From Octopus sinensis (Eukaryota), in contig NC_043003.1 of assembly GCF_006345805.1 (NCBI RefSeq), forward strand, positions 16,492,001-16,556,000: a stretch of 64,000 nucleotides of DNA, written 5' to 3'. Below are positions 51,376-62,994 of this stretch, piece after piece. The position numbers were made by a program, and so were the translations under genes. The notes under the pieces are model-generated. The model saw only the letters and a program-made list of their open reading frames with translations, was not told where the DNA came from and did no database searches. The stretch's first letter is position 1, and every line of letters starts with the position of its first letter.

Positions 51376-51880
51376 ACGTAAAACAATCTAATGTCAAACA
51401 GCAGGGTTACTCGCTATTTTTAGTAGATTACATATTCATTTGCCTCTTCAACGACTATCTGTTCCTTGTGTCTCATCTCTGATCTAATCCTGTCTTTTCT
51501 ACTTTGTCTTTCTTAACGTTTATAAGAAAAAAAGCTGACAGAGACTTTCAAGTTTCGGTTAGCACATCTTCAAGAGTCTGATGAAGGCGAGCAAGACAAA
51601 ACCTCGAAGTCATTGTCAACTTTTTCTTTGTAAAAGGTTAAACATTCAAATGATATAAAAGTTAAAATGAAGTTTTCAGACTGGAAAATTTAGCGTTCCC
51701 AAAGCTGGAACCATTATTTGTTTTTTTCGAGATGGCTATTTTATTTTATTTATTAATTTATCTAGTTTCAGCTCACTAGCTGTGGCCATGCTGGGGCACC
51801 GCCATTTATTATAGCTACTATAGTTGTGTTACATTCTGTTTGTATTGCATAGAATTATTCTAACACAAATAGATAATTGA

Positions 51881-52467
51881 AAGGCGGCGAGCTGACAGGA
51901 ACGTTAGCACGCCGGGTGAAATGCTTAGCGGTATTTCGTCTGCCGTTACGTTGTGAGTTCAAATTCCTCCGAGGTCGACTTTGCCTTTCATCCTTTCGGG
52001 GTCGATTAAATAAGTACCAGTTACGCACTGGGGTCGATGTGATCGACTTAATCCGTTTGTCAGTCCTTGTTTGTTCCCTCTGTGTTTAGCCCCTTGTGGA
52101 TAGTAAAGAAATAGGTATTTCGTCTGCCGTTACGTTCTGAGTTCAAATTCCGCCGAGGTCGACTTAGCCTTTCATCTTTTCGGGGTCGATAAATTAAGTA
52201 CCAGTTACGCACTGGAGTCGATGTGATCGACTTAATCCGTTTGTCAGTCCTTGTTTGTCCCCTCTGTGTTTAGCCCCTTGTGGGTAGTAAAGAAATAGGT
52301 ATTTCGTCTGCCGTTACGTTCTGAGTTCAAATTCCGCCGAGGTCGACTTTGCCTTTCATCCTTTCGGAGTCGATAAATCAAGTACCAGTTGTGCACTGGG
52401 GTCGATGTAATCGACTTAATCCGTTTGTCTGTCCTTGTTTTTCCCCTCTATGTTTAGCCACTTGTAG
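51881..52467 (+). mobile_element. SINE family A trimer (period 184)
   Basis: GGTATTTCGTCTGCCG at 51930, 52114 and 52298. Confidence 0.95.
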
Positions 52468-52650
52468 GGAACAAACGGATTAAGTCGATTACATCGGCCC
52501 CAGTGCGTAACTGGTACTTATTTAATCGACAACGAAAGGATGAAAAGCAAAGTCGACCTCGGCGAAATTCGAACTCAGAACGTAGCGGCAGACGAAATAC
52601 TGCTAAGCATTTCGCCCAGCGTGCTAACGGTTCTGCCAGCTCGTCGTCTT
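52468..52650 (-). mobile_element. SINE family A abutting the trimer in inverted orientation
   Basis: Reverse complement of the A head and core. Confidence 0.9.
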
Positions 52651-55150
52651 ATTCATATTTCGTAATTGCATTCTAACACATCCCTTTTCCAAATTCTTTC
52701 GTTCATATGCGGTGTTTGAGTCGCTGCCTCCTCATATTTTCCCATTTTTACTTTCTTTCTTCTGTTTCGTTTTCTTTCTTTTTGTAAATAGCGACCCTGG
52801 CCCTTTCCTATTTTCTTTCGTTTCAAGTGTCCTTTATCCGTTATGTACTTGCATAGAAACAACTTTTTCCAGATAAGTACTACAACTTCTATTAATGGTA
52901 ATTTATATCAGTCAACAGTGTAATTGTTAAAACTTCAATTGTCTACCATATATACTGCGATAAGGATATGGGAACAATAAAAAATTAAAGTTTTCTTAAC
53001 AAAGAAAAAATTAACTTTCACTAAAACTAAATTATCGCCAGAGAGATGAAAAGCAGTGTGCTTAAAGGATAAATGATTTGCAATACTGATAGAATATCTT
53101 AGAGTGAACATAAATTTAGATAAAACAAATAACTCATAAGTATTCTTCATATAATTTCGATAAAATAAATACGAATCGTATTTTATAGCATTGCAATGGT
53201 AAACAAACATCCAGCACACACACAGATATTGTACAAAATCAATGTCGTAAAATAAAAGCATCGTTCAACGGTGTCAGAGGTGACATTAGTCCAAATTACT
53301 ACTGATAATCTACTATTGAAAGTCGAGAACAATCACGCACATTATTATATTGATAATATAGTGCCTGTGCCCTAATATCAAAATGTGATTATATAAATTT
53401 AAATTTGTTTTTAGCAATAGGTTTCTTTGACAGGATTAAGTTAAAGCAGAAACGGTACAAAATATAAAATTTATCATTTTAAAGTTATCTTTTAAAAAAT
53501 TTGCATTTGATTTAATCGCTGTTGATAGCATTACAGCGACTAAAGCGTATTAGTAATAAAGTCATTCGTTTAATTCAGCTCATTTATTAAAATAATGATA
53601 ATGAACATTAATTATTCTTTTCTACTCTAGGCACAAGGCTTGAAATTTTTGGGAAGGAGGCCAGTCGATTACATCGACCCCAGTACGCAACTGGTACTTA
53701 ATTTATCGACCCGAAAGGATGAAAGGCAAAGTCGACCTCGGCGGAATTTGAACTCAGAACGTAGCGGCAGACGAAATACAGCTACGCATTTTGCCCGGCG
53801 TGCTAACGATTCTGCCAGCTCGCCGCCTTAATGAACATTCATTATTGTATGACGAAGGTATCAAAAAAGAAAATTAGAAAAGTAAGCTTCAATTAATCTT
53901 GGGCAAAAATGAAGTCGGTAAATTACTGCTTCCGTTGATCCTCGGACAGCCATTTTCCTTCGTCAAATTACAATGAAGATGTCGCATCTTAGGAACTCCC
54001 CCCTTGAAGTAGGATGACTGATGTAGCAGAAAATGTAGAATTAGATTGATTATTTCAATGAATTTCAAAGTAAAAAGTAATATATTTTTAAAGATTCATT
54101 ATTTCTATACAGATTATATAAAACAGGGAAACTTTATTCTGGAGAATATTAAATAAAATCCAAGTTATAACGTTTCTACTCATGCTTAATAGGTTCGTTC
54201 TGACAGATTCGAGCGTGAATATCTAGTCACTACTGGTTTTCATCATCGGAGAACACCTCCAACATTAAGGGTTCATAATACATGAAATTCACCGAGGTGT
54301 TTCGCTCTTATTGTATGTCTCCTCAGTGAAACCTACTCCAACAAAATTATGATTCTATCAAAACACGAGACATCGTTCATAAAAGAAAACAAATCATTTG
54401 TTCATGCATGTTGATGGCTGCCAAACAGATAATAATTTATGGAATGCACGCAGAACAGTGAGAATCCGAACAAGAATCTATTTATTCGTTCTTTATATGA
54501 TCTGGCTGATTCGAACGTGAATAACTGATCGATGGTATTTTTTCCGTCATCGGAGAATACCTCCCTTTAGACGATACATGTTCATAACACATGCTATTCA
54601 CATATGCAAGGGAGCTTTGAGACATCACAGTGTTACGAATTTGTTGTGTGTCTCCTCTTCCAAAGCTACTCCACCGGACAAATGAATTTAACAAGAACAC
54701 GAACTCAAGGTTTATTCACAAAATAGGCACAAGTTAACACGAACGCGAAGCTAATAGGTAAAATTATAAAAAGAAATATCTGGATAAATTTACCAAACTT
54801 AAAATTATAATTTCGTTAAATAGATAGATTACTACCCAAAATGTCACATATTGTTACCAGTCGGTTTTAATTTGGTAGTCAAATATTTGAAGCAACAATA
54901 TTTTGAATTAAACAGCGCAAAGTAACAAAATTTTGTAGCTAGTTAGATAATCTCTGTCAGGGATGAAAGCAGTAACTATACTGCCAAGTAATGTTTATCG
55001 TCATATCAATATAACTATTCCGTAGGAATCGACGTTGCTACCATTTTTAACCCCGGGAGTAGCCTCCTCCCGCTGGTTATCGATGCAGTCTGTACCCGAT
55101 ATATATTACAAGCAGGGGAGCGAACTCTTACCATCTAGCAGACGACAGTA

Positions 55151-55198
55151 TCATTAGACCGTACGGTTTCGGCTTATTATGGCCATCTTCAGTGGTGA
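55151..55198 (-). ncRNA. Minimal type-I hammerhead ribozyme with intact core
   Basis: TCACCA-CTGAAGA-T-GGC(cataataa)GCC-GAAAC-CGTACG-GTC-TAATGA; stem III is the perfect palindrome ACCGTACGGT; GUC triplet; stem I pairs at 4 of 6 positions. Confidence 0.7.
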
Positions 55199-55218
55199 AT
55201 ACCCGTCCGCTAGAGATA

Positions 55219-55678
55219 AAATCTTTATTATGATCATTAGATCGTACAGAGAAAAGGACATTACAAGACAAACAAATACAAAAATGTAAATGAGTTTGAA
55301 TGAGCATTATATCAAAGATTTACTTTAAAAATATTTTATATAACGATTAATTTTTACCCTAAACTAGAACTAAAAAAAAACAAAAAGAAAACGAATAAAA
55401 GTTAAAAAAGATCGAACCCGGCAGCCTATAAGGCCCAGCAACTATCTTTTATTTTCATCAATGATTAAACTGGGTTACTGACACCCACCTTTCTCATAAC
55501 ATCCTTCCATCGTTTCTCTTATTCACTCGGTGGCAGGGTCTTCCTCTCCAACCCCATCATGCTCTTCAGATGGTATCTGAAGTAAGACAGCAAACCGGGG
55601 CCAGAGATGTAGGACCCTGTCACAGAACCTTCCATTCTAGTCCTCCAGACACACTCTTTCAGTACTGCAACTGTACAG
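55219..55678 (-). mobile_element. Tx1/L1-like LINE 3' fragment with 18-bp TSD
   Basis: ACCCGTCCGCTAGAGATA at 55201-55218 and 55679-55696; minus strand LKECVWRTRMEG..LSYFRYHLK..LERKTL..*EKRW; AATAAA near the 3' end. Clade call is by resemblance only. Confidence 0.6.
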
Positions 55679-57229
55679 ACCCGTCCGCTAGAGATAGCAG
55701 TAACTCACTCAATTCGCAATATGCAGAAAACTAAGCGACAGTCAGTCACTGATCTTGCAACAAGCAAAATAGCTAATTAGAAAATCTCTCTATGAGAGAT
55801 GAAAGTAATAACTATACTGGGAAGTAATATTTATTGCCACATTAATATGGCTGTTCCGTTTATTATTTTATGCATTTTTTATATCTAAGTATCAAGCTGA
55901 AATTACATGGAAACAACCATTAACTGATATTTTGTTGACCATATACCTTTTCTTTTACATTCTCAAAGGATTCCCAGGAAATATATTAACTTCCTGAAAA
56001 CAGATATTTTGGAATCGAAAAAGGACACAACATGGCAGGTTATTCATCACAATAGTATATTTTTATGATATTCATCGGCTTCATTTCAATTTGAGAATTA
56101 TTACAGTATAACCATCGTTTTGAAAGCCGTTTGTATTTATCATTTACTATAAGTCTATGAATTGCTATTTTTCTAAATTGTTTCATGTATCATATTTTCT
56201 TTATGAGAGATCTATAGTGGACAAAATCAATACCATATAGCTACAAAAAAAAAAAGGATTGTTCATTTCACATCCTCGGTCTTGAGTTATACTGATGGCT
56301 AAAGCATCTGTTTCACGTTAGAGCTTCAGATGAAATGCGTTGTGGTATTTCTCCTGAGTCGAAGGTGTCGACTTAACCATCTCCCACATTTCTGGCCATG
56401 GGCCTGCTCTAGCAATATAGAGGGCGGCGGATTAATATAAGTACAGCTTTGGATAAAAAACAACAACAAACTTTTACGGTATTTCTTTCGGCTCTTTACG
56501 TTTTGAGTTCAAATCCAACCGAGTTTCATTTTGCATTTCATCTTTTCGTCTGGGGTCAATGCAATCGACTAAACCACTTCCCTAAGATTTCTAGTCGTTT
56601 ATCTAAATTAGAAACGGTTAATTTATATATATCCGAGTAAGAGTGTATGTGTATATGTATGTATAGATCTATAAAAGAATATTTATGCATATAAACAGGT
56701 TTGTATATATGTATATAAGTCTGTATATATGTAAGTATATATGTAAATACGTCTTAATATAAATAATGTATCATATACCTTATATGCTTCCTTAATCAAC
56801 CCATATTATTTCGGAAAAAGTCCCCCTTTCAAAAGGAAGAAATAGTCACAGTTTGCAGAAATTTATTGTTATCGTTAGGCTGTTTAATATTCATACACAT
56901 AACATACGGCGTGCGCAGGATACTTAGAAACCAAACAAAACAGCAGAAAAAATACAGAATAAGGAACAATATACTTTCCCCAAATGGCGTATGTGCTGAA
57001 CTAGATACCTCAAAGAAATTGGAAATCCAAGAAAACCACTCTCGGCCTCAGTGATGGCTATCATACGGATACGATAGTGACTGCATGCCCTCTCCCATCG
57101 ATGTTACACACTATTACCACAGCACCATTTAGTCTTTGGTCCTGTAGCTACCGGTCATTTTTCTAACCGACAATGCCTCGCACACAGTAATCCAGCGGTT
57201 TCAGGACAATAAAACAAAAAGATTACGCT

Positions 57230-57239
57230 GTCTGTCTAT

Positions 57240-57323
<84 letters not shown>

Positions 57324-57330
57324 ATAACTA

Positions 57331-57410
<80 letters not shown>
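57230..57410. repeat. (TCTA)n plus (TA)n microsatellite
   Basis: Direct inspection. Confidence 0.95.
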
Positions 57411-57415
<5 letters not shown>

Positions 57416-57469
57416 ATCGCTAGCCACTAAACCCTTTTCTATTTTCTCTCCCTGTTTATTTCTGTGTTA

Positions 57470-57505
57470 CTTTCTGTCGAAGAGCGTAGGCTCGAAACGT
57501 AAAAG
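57470..57505 (+). ncRNA. Ultra-minimal hammerhead-like motif (core CUGUCGA) in a probable PLE terminal-repeat remnant (57412-57595)
   Basis: CTTT-CTGTCGA-A-GAG(cgtagg)CTC-GAAAC-GTA-AAAG; stem III is only the palindrome ACGT. Confidence 0.5.
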
Positions 57506-58089
57506 ACTTTCTCACTTCTCGAGCGATAAACTAATACATCTGTTTGTTGTTTACACACCCGTTTTCGTCTTTTGTTTTTTTATAAATTCTCACTATATAT
57601 ATGTGTGTGTGTGTTTGTGGGAAATTAAAATGAAGAGAGAAATATACTTCGATTAATTTTATTTTACCATTTCCTCCTAATTGGCTTCCACATCTTAATG
57701 TTTTGAAAATTGACTTTCTGTCTGCCGTTTTGAAATGTTATGTTGTGATACAATTATAAACTTGGAACTCTTTTAACCTGATGAACAAGCTTAATATCTG
57801 CAATATTTTAAAAATTGTATATATATTAGTACATACTTGTAAATAATTCATTATCAAGAATAATAAAACGAATTAGCTATATATGTTTTAAAAGCTGCGA
57901 AATAATAGTACGCAGTTAAATATGAATATTCAATGGTAAAATAAAATATATTATAGTTTATTTCTCTGTTTATCGATAATTTTATACACTCCTAATGTTT
58001 TCTTGTGTATTGTACTATAAAGTCTATGTGGTTAATGATACCTTAAGGAGATTTTTTTATGAAGTACTACCGGATTACTTGAATCCATG

Positions 58090-58096
58090 TATTGCG

Positions 58097-58169
<73 letters not shown>

Positions 58170-58337
58170 TGTATATATATATATATATGTATGTATGTGT
58201 GTATGTATTCGATCACAGTACCAATAACAGTTAAGCTTCGTGCAATGGCCATACTCGATAACGATGGGGCAGCCATCATGTATGTATACATAATTAATAA
58301 AAAACGGAGAAAAATAAAGACAAGTAAGCACACGCAC

Positions 58338-58434
<97 letters not shown>

Positions 58435-58470
58435 ATATATGTAGAGAGAGTGAGAGAGAGAGAGAGAGAG
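58090..58470. repeat. (CA)n, (TACATA)n, (TA)n and (GA)n microsatellite cluster
   Basis: Direct inspection. Confidence 0.9.
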
Positions 58471-58918
58471 AGAGAATAAAAGAAGGAAAATGCATACACT
58501 TTACATAGTTCTGATATAAATTTTAAAATATACTTTATGTTGTATTTGTCGACCGGGTTCGCTTTTGCTAAGCATGACATTAAAATTATTGTAATTTCGT
58601 ATTTTCTTAAGAAGATTGTAGTCCATCTTGTGTATGAAAAAGTTTGCATATCCAAAGAGAGAGAGAGAGAGAAGGAGAGAGAGAGAAAGGGAAAGAGAGA
58701 GAGAGAGCGCGCAGGGTGAGAGACAATAGATCTCTGTAACATAATGCAATAAAGGTTTCTGTTATTATCCGTTGTGGTTAAGCATCCAGTACAGAGCTGC
58801 AGTCACAATGGCGAAATTATATAGAAACGAACGATATATACACTCGTACTTATCGCACTTTTTGTCTCTCTATCTATCCATCAATCAATCTATGTGTACG
58901 TTTGTCTCTATGCATGTA

Positions 58919-58957
<39 letters not shown>

Positions 58958-59027
58958 TATATATATATATTATATATATATATATATATATACTTATATA
59001 TACATGCATATATACATATATATATAT

Positions 59028-59215
59028 ATATATTAAAGGAAAATGGATAACGGGTCATTCAGAACATTTAATTAGAGGAAGGTAAATAAAAAAAATGGAG
59101 AGTAACTGCTTCTATTTCTCCATTTTTAGACTCACCTTACTCTAAATGAATATTCTAAATAACTCGAGATACTTGTCCTGCCATGATTTTATTGTCCATT
59201 TTCCTTTAATATATA
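59028..59215. mobile_element. Fold-back MITE-like inverted repeat in TA context
   Basis: TATATTAAAGGAAAATGGA/TCCATTTTCCTTTAATATA plus inner arms of ~44 bp. Confidence 0.7.
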
Positions 59216-59738
59216 CCTGCTGACTCGAAAGCCTACTACGGATTCCTAGCATCAGCCTCAGGTGGGAACATGGAACCTAACGGATTTCCAGTTATACTGA
59301 ATTAGACAGTAAATCGTTGGTCGATTAAGCGTCTATTTCAGTATATTGGCAAAGAAAATTGTTTCTTTTAGCTTTATTTATAATGATATTTATAATAATT
59401 TCACCTTTAAAGGTATTTTTTAATATGCTGGCCACTGATAATTAAAAAAAACAATATTTTATCCTTATATATTGTAATGATCTCTGATGGCAAGATCAAC
59501 TAAAAAGTATTCCACCTGGTGAGAGATAACCATTATTTAATAAACATATTACATATTTTTATGTGTTGCTATTAGTTTCATGTGCCGGCCAGTATTTCTT
59601 TAAAACATCTGGTGCTTGATGACTGTGGTAGGTCACCAGAAGTGTTAAAAATTACTGTCTGGCATGCTCTCACCACATGAAACTAATAGTGGCACATAAA
59701 AACATATACTGTCTTTATTAAATAATATATATATATAT

Positions 59739-59774
<36 letters not shown>

Positions 59775-61358
59775 AGAGAGAGAGAGAGAGGAGAAAGAAA
59801 GAGAGAGAGAAAGAGAGGGAGGAAGGGTGGGAGTGAGATAAGAATCAATGACCCCAGAACTTGACTGATACTCTTTATATCAACTTTCTTGGAAGCTTAA
59901 AAATGATTAATCGATCAATGTCGACAAGGGTTAAACAATAACACCAACTGATAGCGACCGCCGTGCAATTACACCAGGAACTAACTATTTATAACGTGTT
60001 GTTGGATATGTATTTCTTTCTAACTCAATAAAAAGCAATGGCATATTTCTTTTCCCTTCCGTTGTTCCTCATCGATATAAACAAAAGCGATGTAAACAAA
60101 AGTGACCTGATTTAAGGATAAAATGTAAACGAACATACAAATTCTGCCGAACAGTATGTAATCCCAATTCTTATTCTACAACACTTATCAGAACCAGAAC
60201 ATTTAATAATGATTTGTAACATTACTACAGCAAAATGACCAACATTTAGCAGTAGGATGATACGTTCAATTGAATCAACCGATAATATGTTTATGTTATC
60301 CGTTGCAGTGCTTAGTTTATTGATCTGGGTGTGATTTGAACTATGGCTGAGCAGCTATTAATGTTACAAAAATCCTGTATTCAATCTATACGTCATGAAT
60401 TTAACCTCAAGTTGATCATTACTACGAAACGGTTATTAGACCACACCGTGCCGTAGCTTTGTTGCATTTCATGGAAGTACATAGAATTATGAGAAGACAA
60501 TAAGTGAAAACGATCTATCGATTTACTATTTAGTTTTATAGAATTTTTATGTAGATATTTTTATAGGTGGCTCCTTTTTCCCTTTCAACTTCTCAGTCAA
60601 TTTTATTCACTAATCAATCGAAAAGAAATATTGAGTGACATATTTTTGTTTATACACTTGCCAACTGGGGATATAGGATTTTTTTCAGTAGTCTGTATTT
60701 TGTTTATTCTGAAAAGAAAAAAGAAAAAAAAACACAATATTTCGGCAATAAGTCAATTAGTTTTGTTGCATTGTCGATTGAACCTATATTAAATTTGTAC
60801 CACAAACACAACTCGAAAACTAAAAATCATTTTGTATTAAATAAAGTGTATTTACTACACAATTAAAAATATATATCTATAACAAAATGGTTATGTGTAA
60901 AGAAGCGCAATTTTAACTCGATCTATTTCATGTACAATTTTGTCACTCGTACTTTAAAGTGGGATTATCTATCACTTTTGAGATTAAAAATGAGCAAATG
61001 GATTAGTTTGCTAGATTTTCAAGACAAACATTGGGATGTAGTTCTGTATTTATGCGTAGCATAGTTGATGGAAATAAGTATTGGGGTAGAGTTTTCGGGA
61101 GAGTGAAATTTGCATCGTGTGCATTTAAGACTTCACAGATATTTGTAATGTTCTATGTATCACAAGCATGTCTGGGTAGTTAAGAAACGTGCATGTGCCC
61201 ACATGGGTTCGATCTCAGACCCATTGCGCGGCATTTTAGGCAAGATCTTCTACTCTGGCCCCAGGTCGACCAATGAGTTGTGAGTGAATTTGATAGAAGG
61301 GAAAATTAATTTAAAGGACATATAGCGGTACGTAAGCCAACTCAAGAAATCTCTTGTG

Positions 61359-61427
61359 AGACTTTTTATTGATGTACCCGAAGAAAGCCAGAACGAGTCG
61401 AAACATGTGTTGTACTCAATAAAGTCT
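61359..61427 (+). ncRNA. Type-I hammerhead-like motif with long stem I (core CCGAAGA)
   Basis: AGACTTTTTATTGA-T-GTAC-CCGAAGA-(weak stem II)-GAAAC-ATGT-GTT-GTAC-TCAATAAAGTCT. Confidence 0.6.
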
Positions 61428-61619
61428 ATTATAAATTCCATCTCCTGTTTTTTCGAACTAAAATAAGGGATTTGCAGCATATTAGGTAGTCAGGGTATTT
61501 GATTCCACGCAAAAAAATCCGAGTTTTTATCATTTTTTTCTTAGTGAAAATCGTGCGGGTGTTAATCTAAAAGTTTGCTCTTTGTATTTCTCTTTCACCA
61601 TTGCTAGACAGAGGACTTA

Positions 61620-61877
61620 ACTCATTTCAGCAAATTTACGGATTTCACCGATATGGATATTTGTAAAAGTTATGGTTGAAAATCGATTTTATATCGCTAT
61701 CCGCGGGTGCCTCATGAAAAATAAGTTGACAAAAACACAGCCATTGTCGTGACCAATGTCCCTCTAAAATTGGAGCGACATGCGTGCTAATTTGTGGACG
61801 TGCGTAAATTACACTCACGTACACACACAGACACACAGACACAGACAGACACACACATCCTGCCTTATATATATATA
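61620..61877 (-). mobile_element. Possible Helitron/HINE-like non-autonomous element
   Basis: Minus strand begins TATATAAGGCAGGATGTGTGTGTCTGTCTG with an internal GTCY-type microsatellite; other boundary unclear. Confidence 0.35.
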
Positions 61878-62567
61878 TGCATGTATGCATGCATGCATGC
61901 ATGTATGTATGTATGTATGTATGTATGATGTATGTATGTATGTATGTATGTATGCATGCATGTATGTATGTATGTATGTATGTATGTTTGTTTGTTTGTC
62001 TTTGCGTTTGTCCCCACCTCCATCATCTGACGACCAGTATTGGTTTGTTTACGTCCAAGTTTGTTGTTCGGCAAAAGAGTCAGATAGAATAAACACCAAA
62101 CTTAAAAAGGTAAGTACCGGGAGACGATTTGCTCGACTAAAACCGTTGAGACGTTCGTTCCACCATTGCCACAGTTCAATGGCCGAAAAAAGCAAAAGAT
62201 AAAATCTCAGTGCAGTAGATTTGCAGAACCGGTTGAATAACAAACAAAATGGAATGTATTTTGTTACATTTTGAGTAAAAACCTCGTCAGTATAAGATTT
62301 GCCATTCATCCTTCTGCGAACGCTAAAAGAAATTTCATAAAAAGTAACGAAGGGACGACATGTTTGTTTGTCAAGTCCCAGTACTTGCCTACGAGTTAGA
62401 AACAATCTCTACTGCAATTACTTATTAAATATCCCTTTGCGCACACACACATATATATATATTGAATTTGTACATTCGTATCGTTGCATTTAACCAATTT
62501 ACATTTGTTCTCTTACCAAATAATTCTCATTTATCTTCTGAAACTTTAGTATGCAATGTCAAACAAG

Positions 62568-62569
<2 letters not shown>

Positions 62570-62621
<52 letters not shown>

Positions 62622-62665
62622 TATTGTTGTTGTTGTTGTTGTTGTTGTTATTATATTATTATCAA
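62570..62665. repeat. (AAT)n followed by (TTG)n/(TTA)n
   Basis: Direct inspection. Confidence 0.95.
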
Positions 62666-62953
62666 CTCTAAACCCTAAATTATTTAAGGCCTCGCACCTC
62701 TTAAATTTTCAATCCAGGCTTCTCGGTTCCCATCAATTATATTTTCAAATCCCCTACTTCCTTGTGTTCTAACTCCTTCATTCCAATTTTCTCAGTCCTC
62801 ATCTGTTATGCTTTTACATTTCTACCATTCCTATTGCATTAACTGCATTACTGTTACACTCGAAAGATTCTTTGTTTTTCTTACAGTACTACCCTTTGTT
62901 TTCTATTCTTTTACATTTCTCTCTTGTTCATTTATAATAAGAAGAGAGAGAGG

Positions 62954-62994
<41 letters not shown>

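Larger units (their letters stand above)
61170..62200 (+). mobile_element. Degraded SINE family B whose head (61170-61310) and tail (61990-62200) are separated by later insertions
   Basis: B head and B tail motifs in the correct order. Confidence 0.6.

Noticed and set aside
54285-54332. CTGAGGA..GAAAC on minus
   Set aside because: No stem II pairing and no NUH triplet before the putative stem I.
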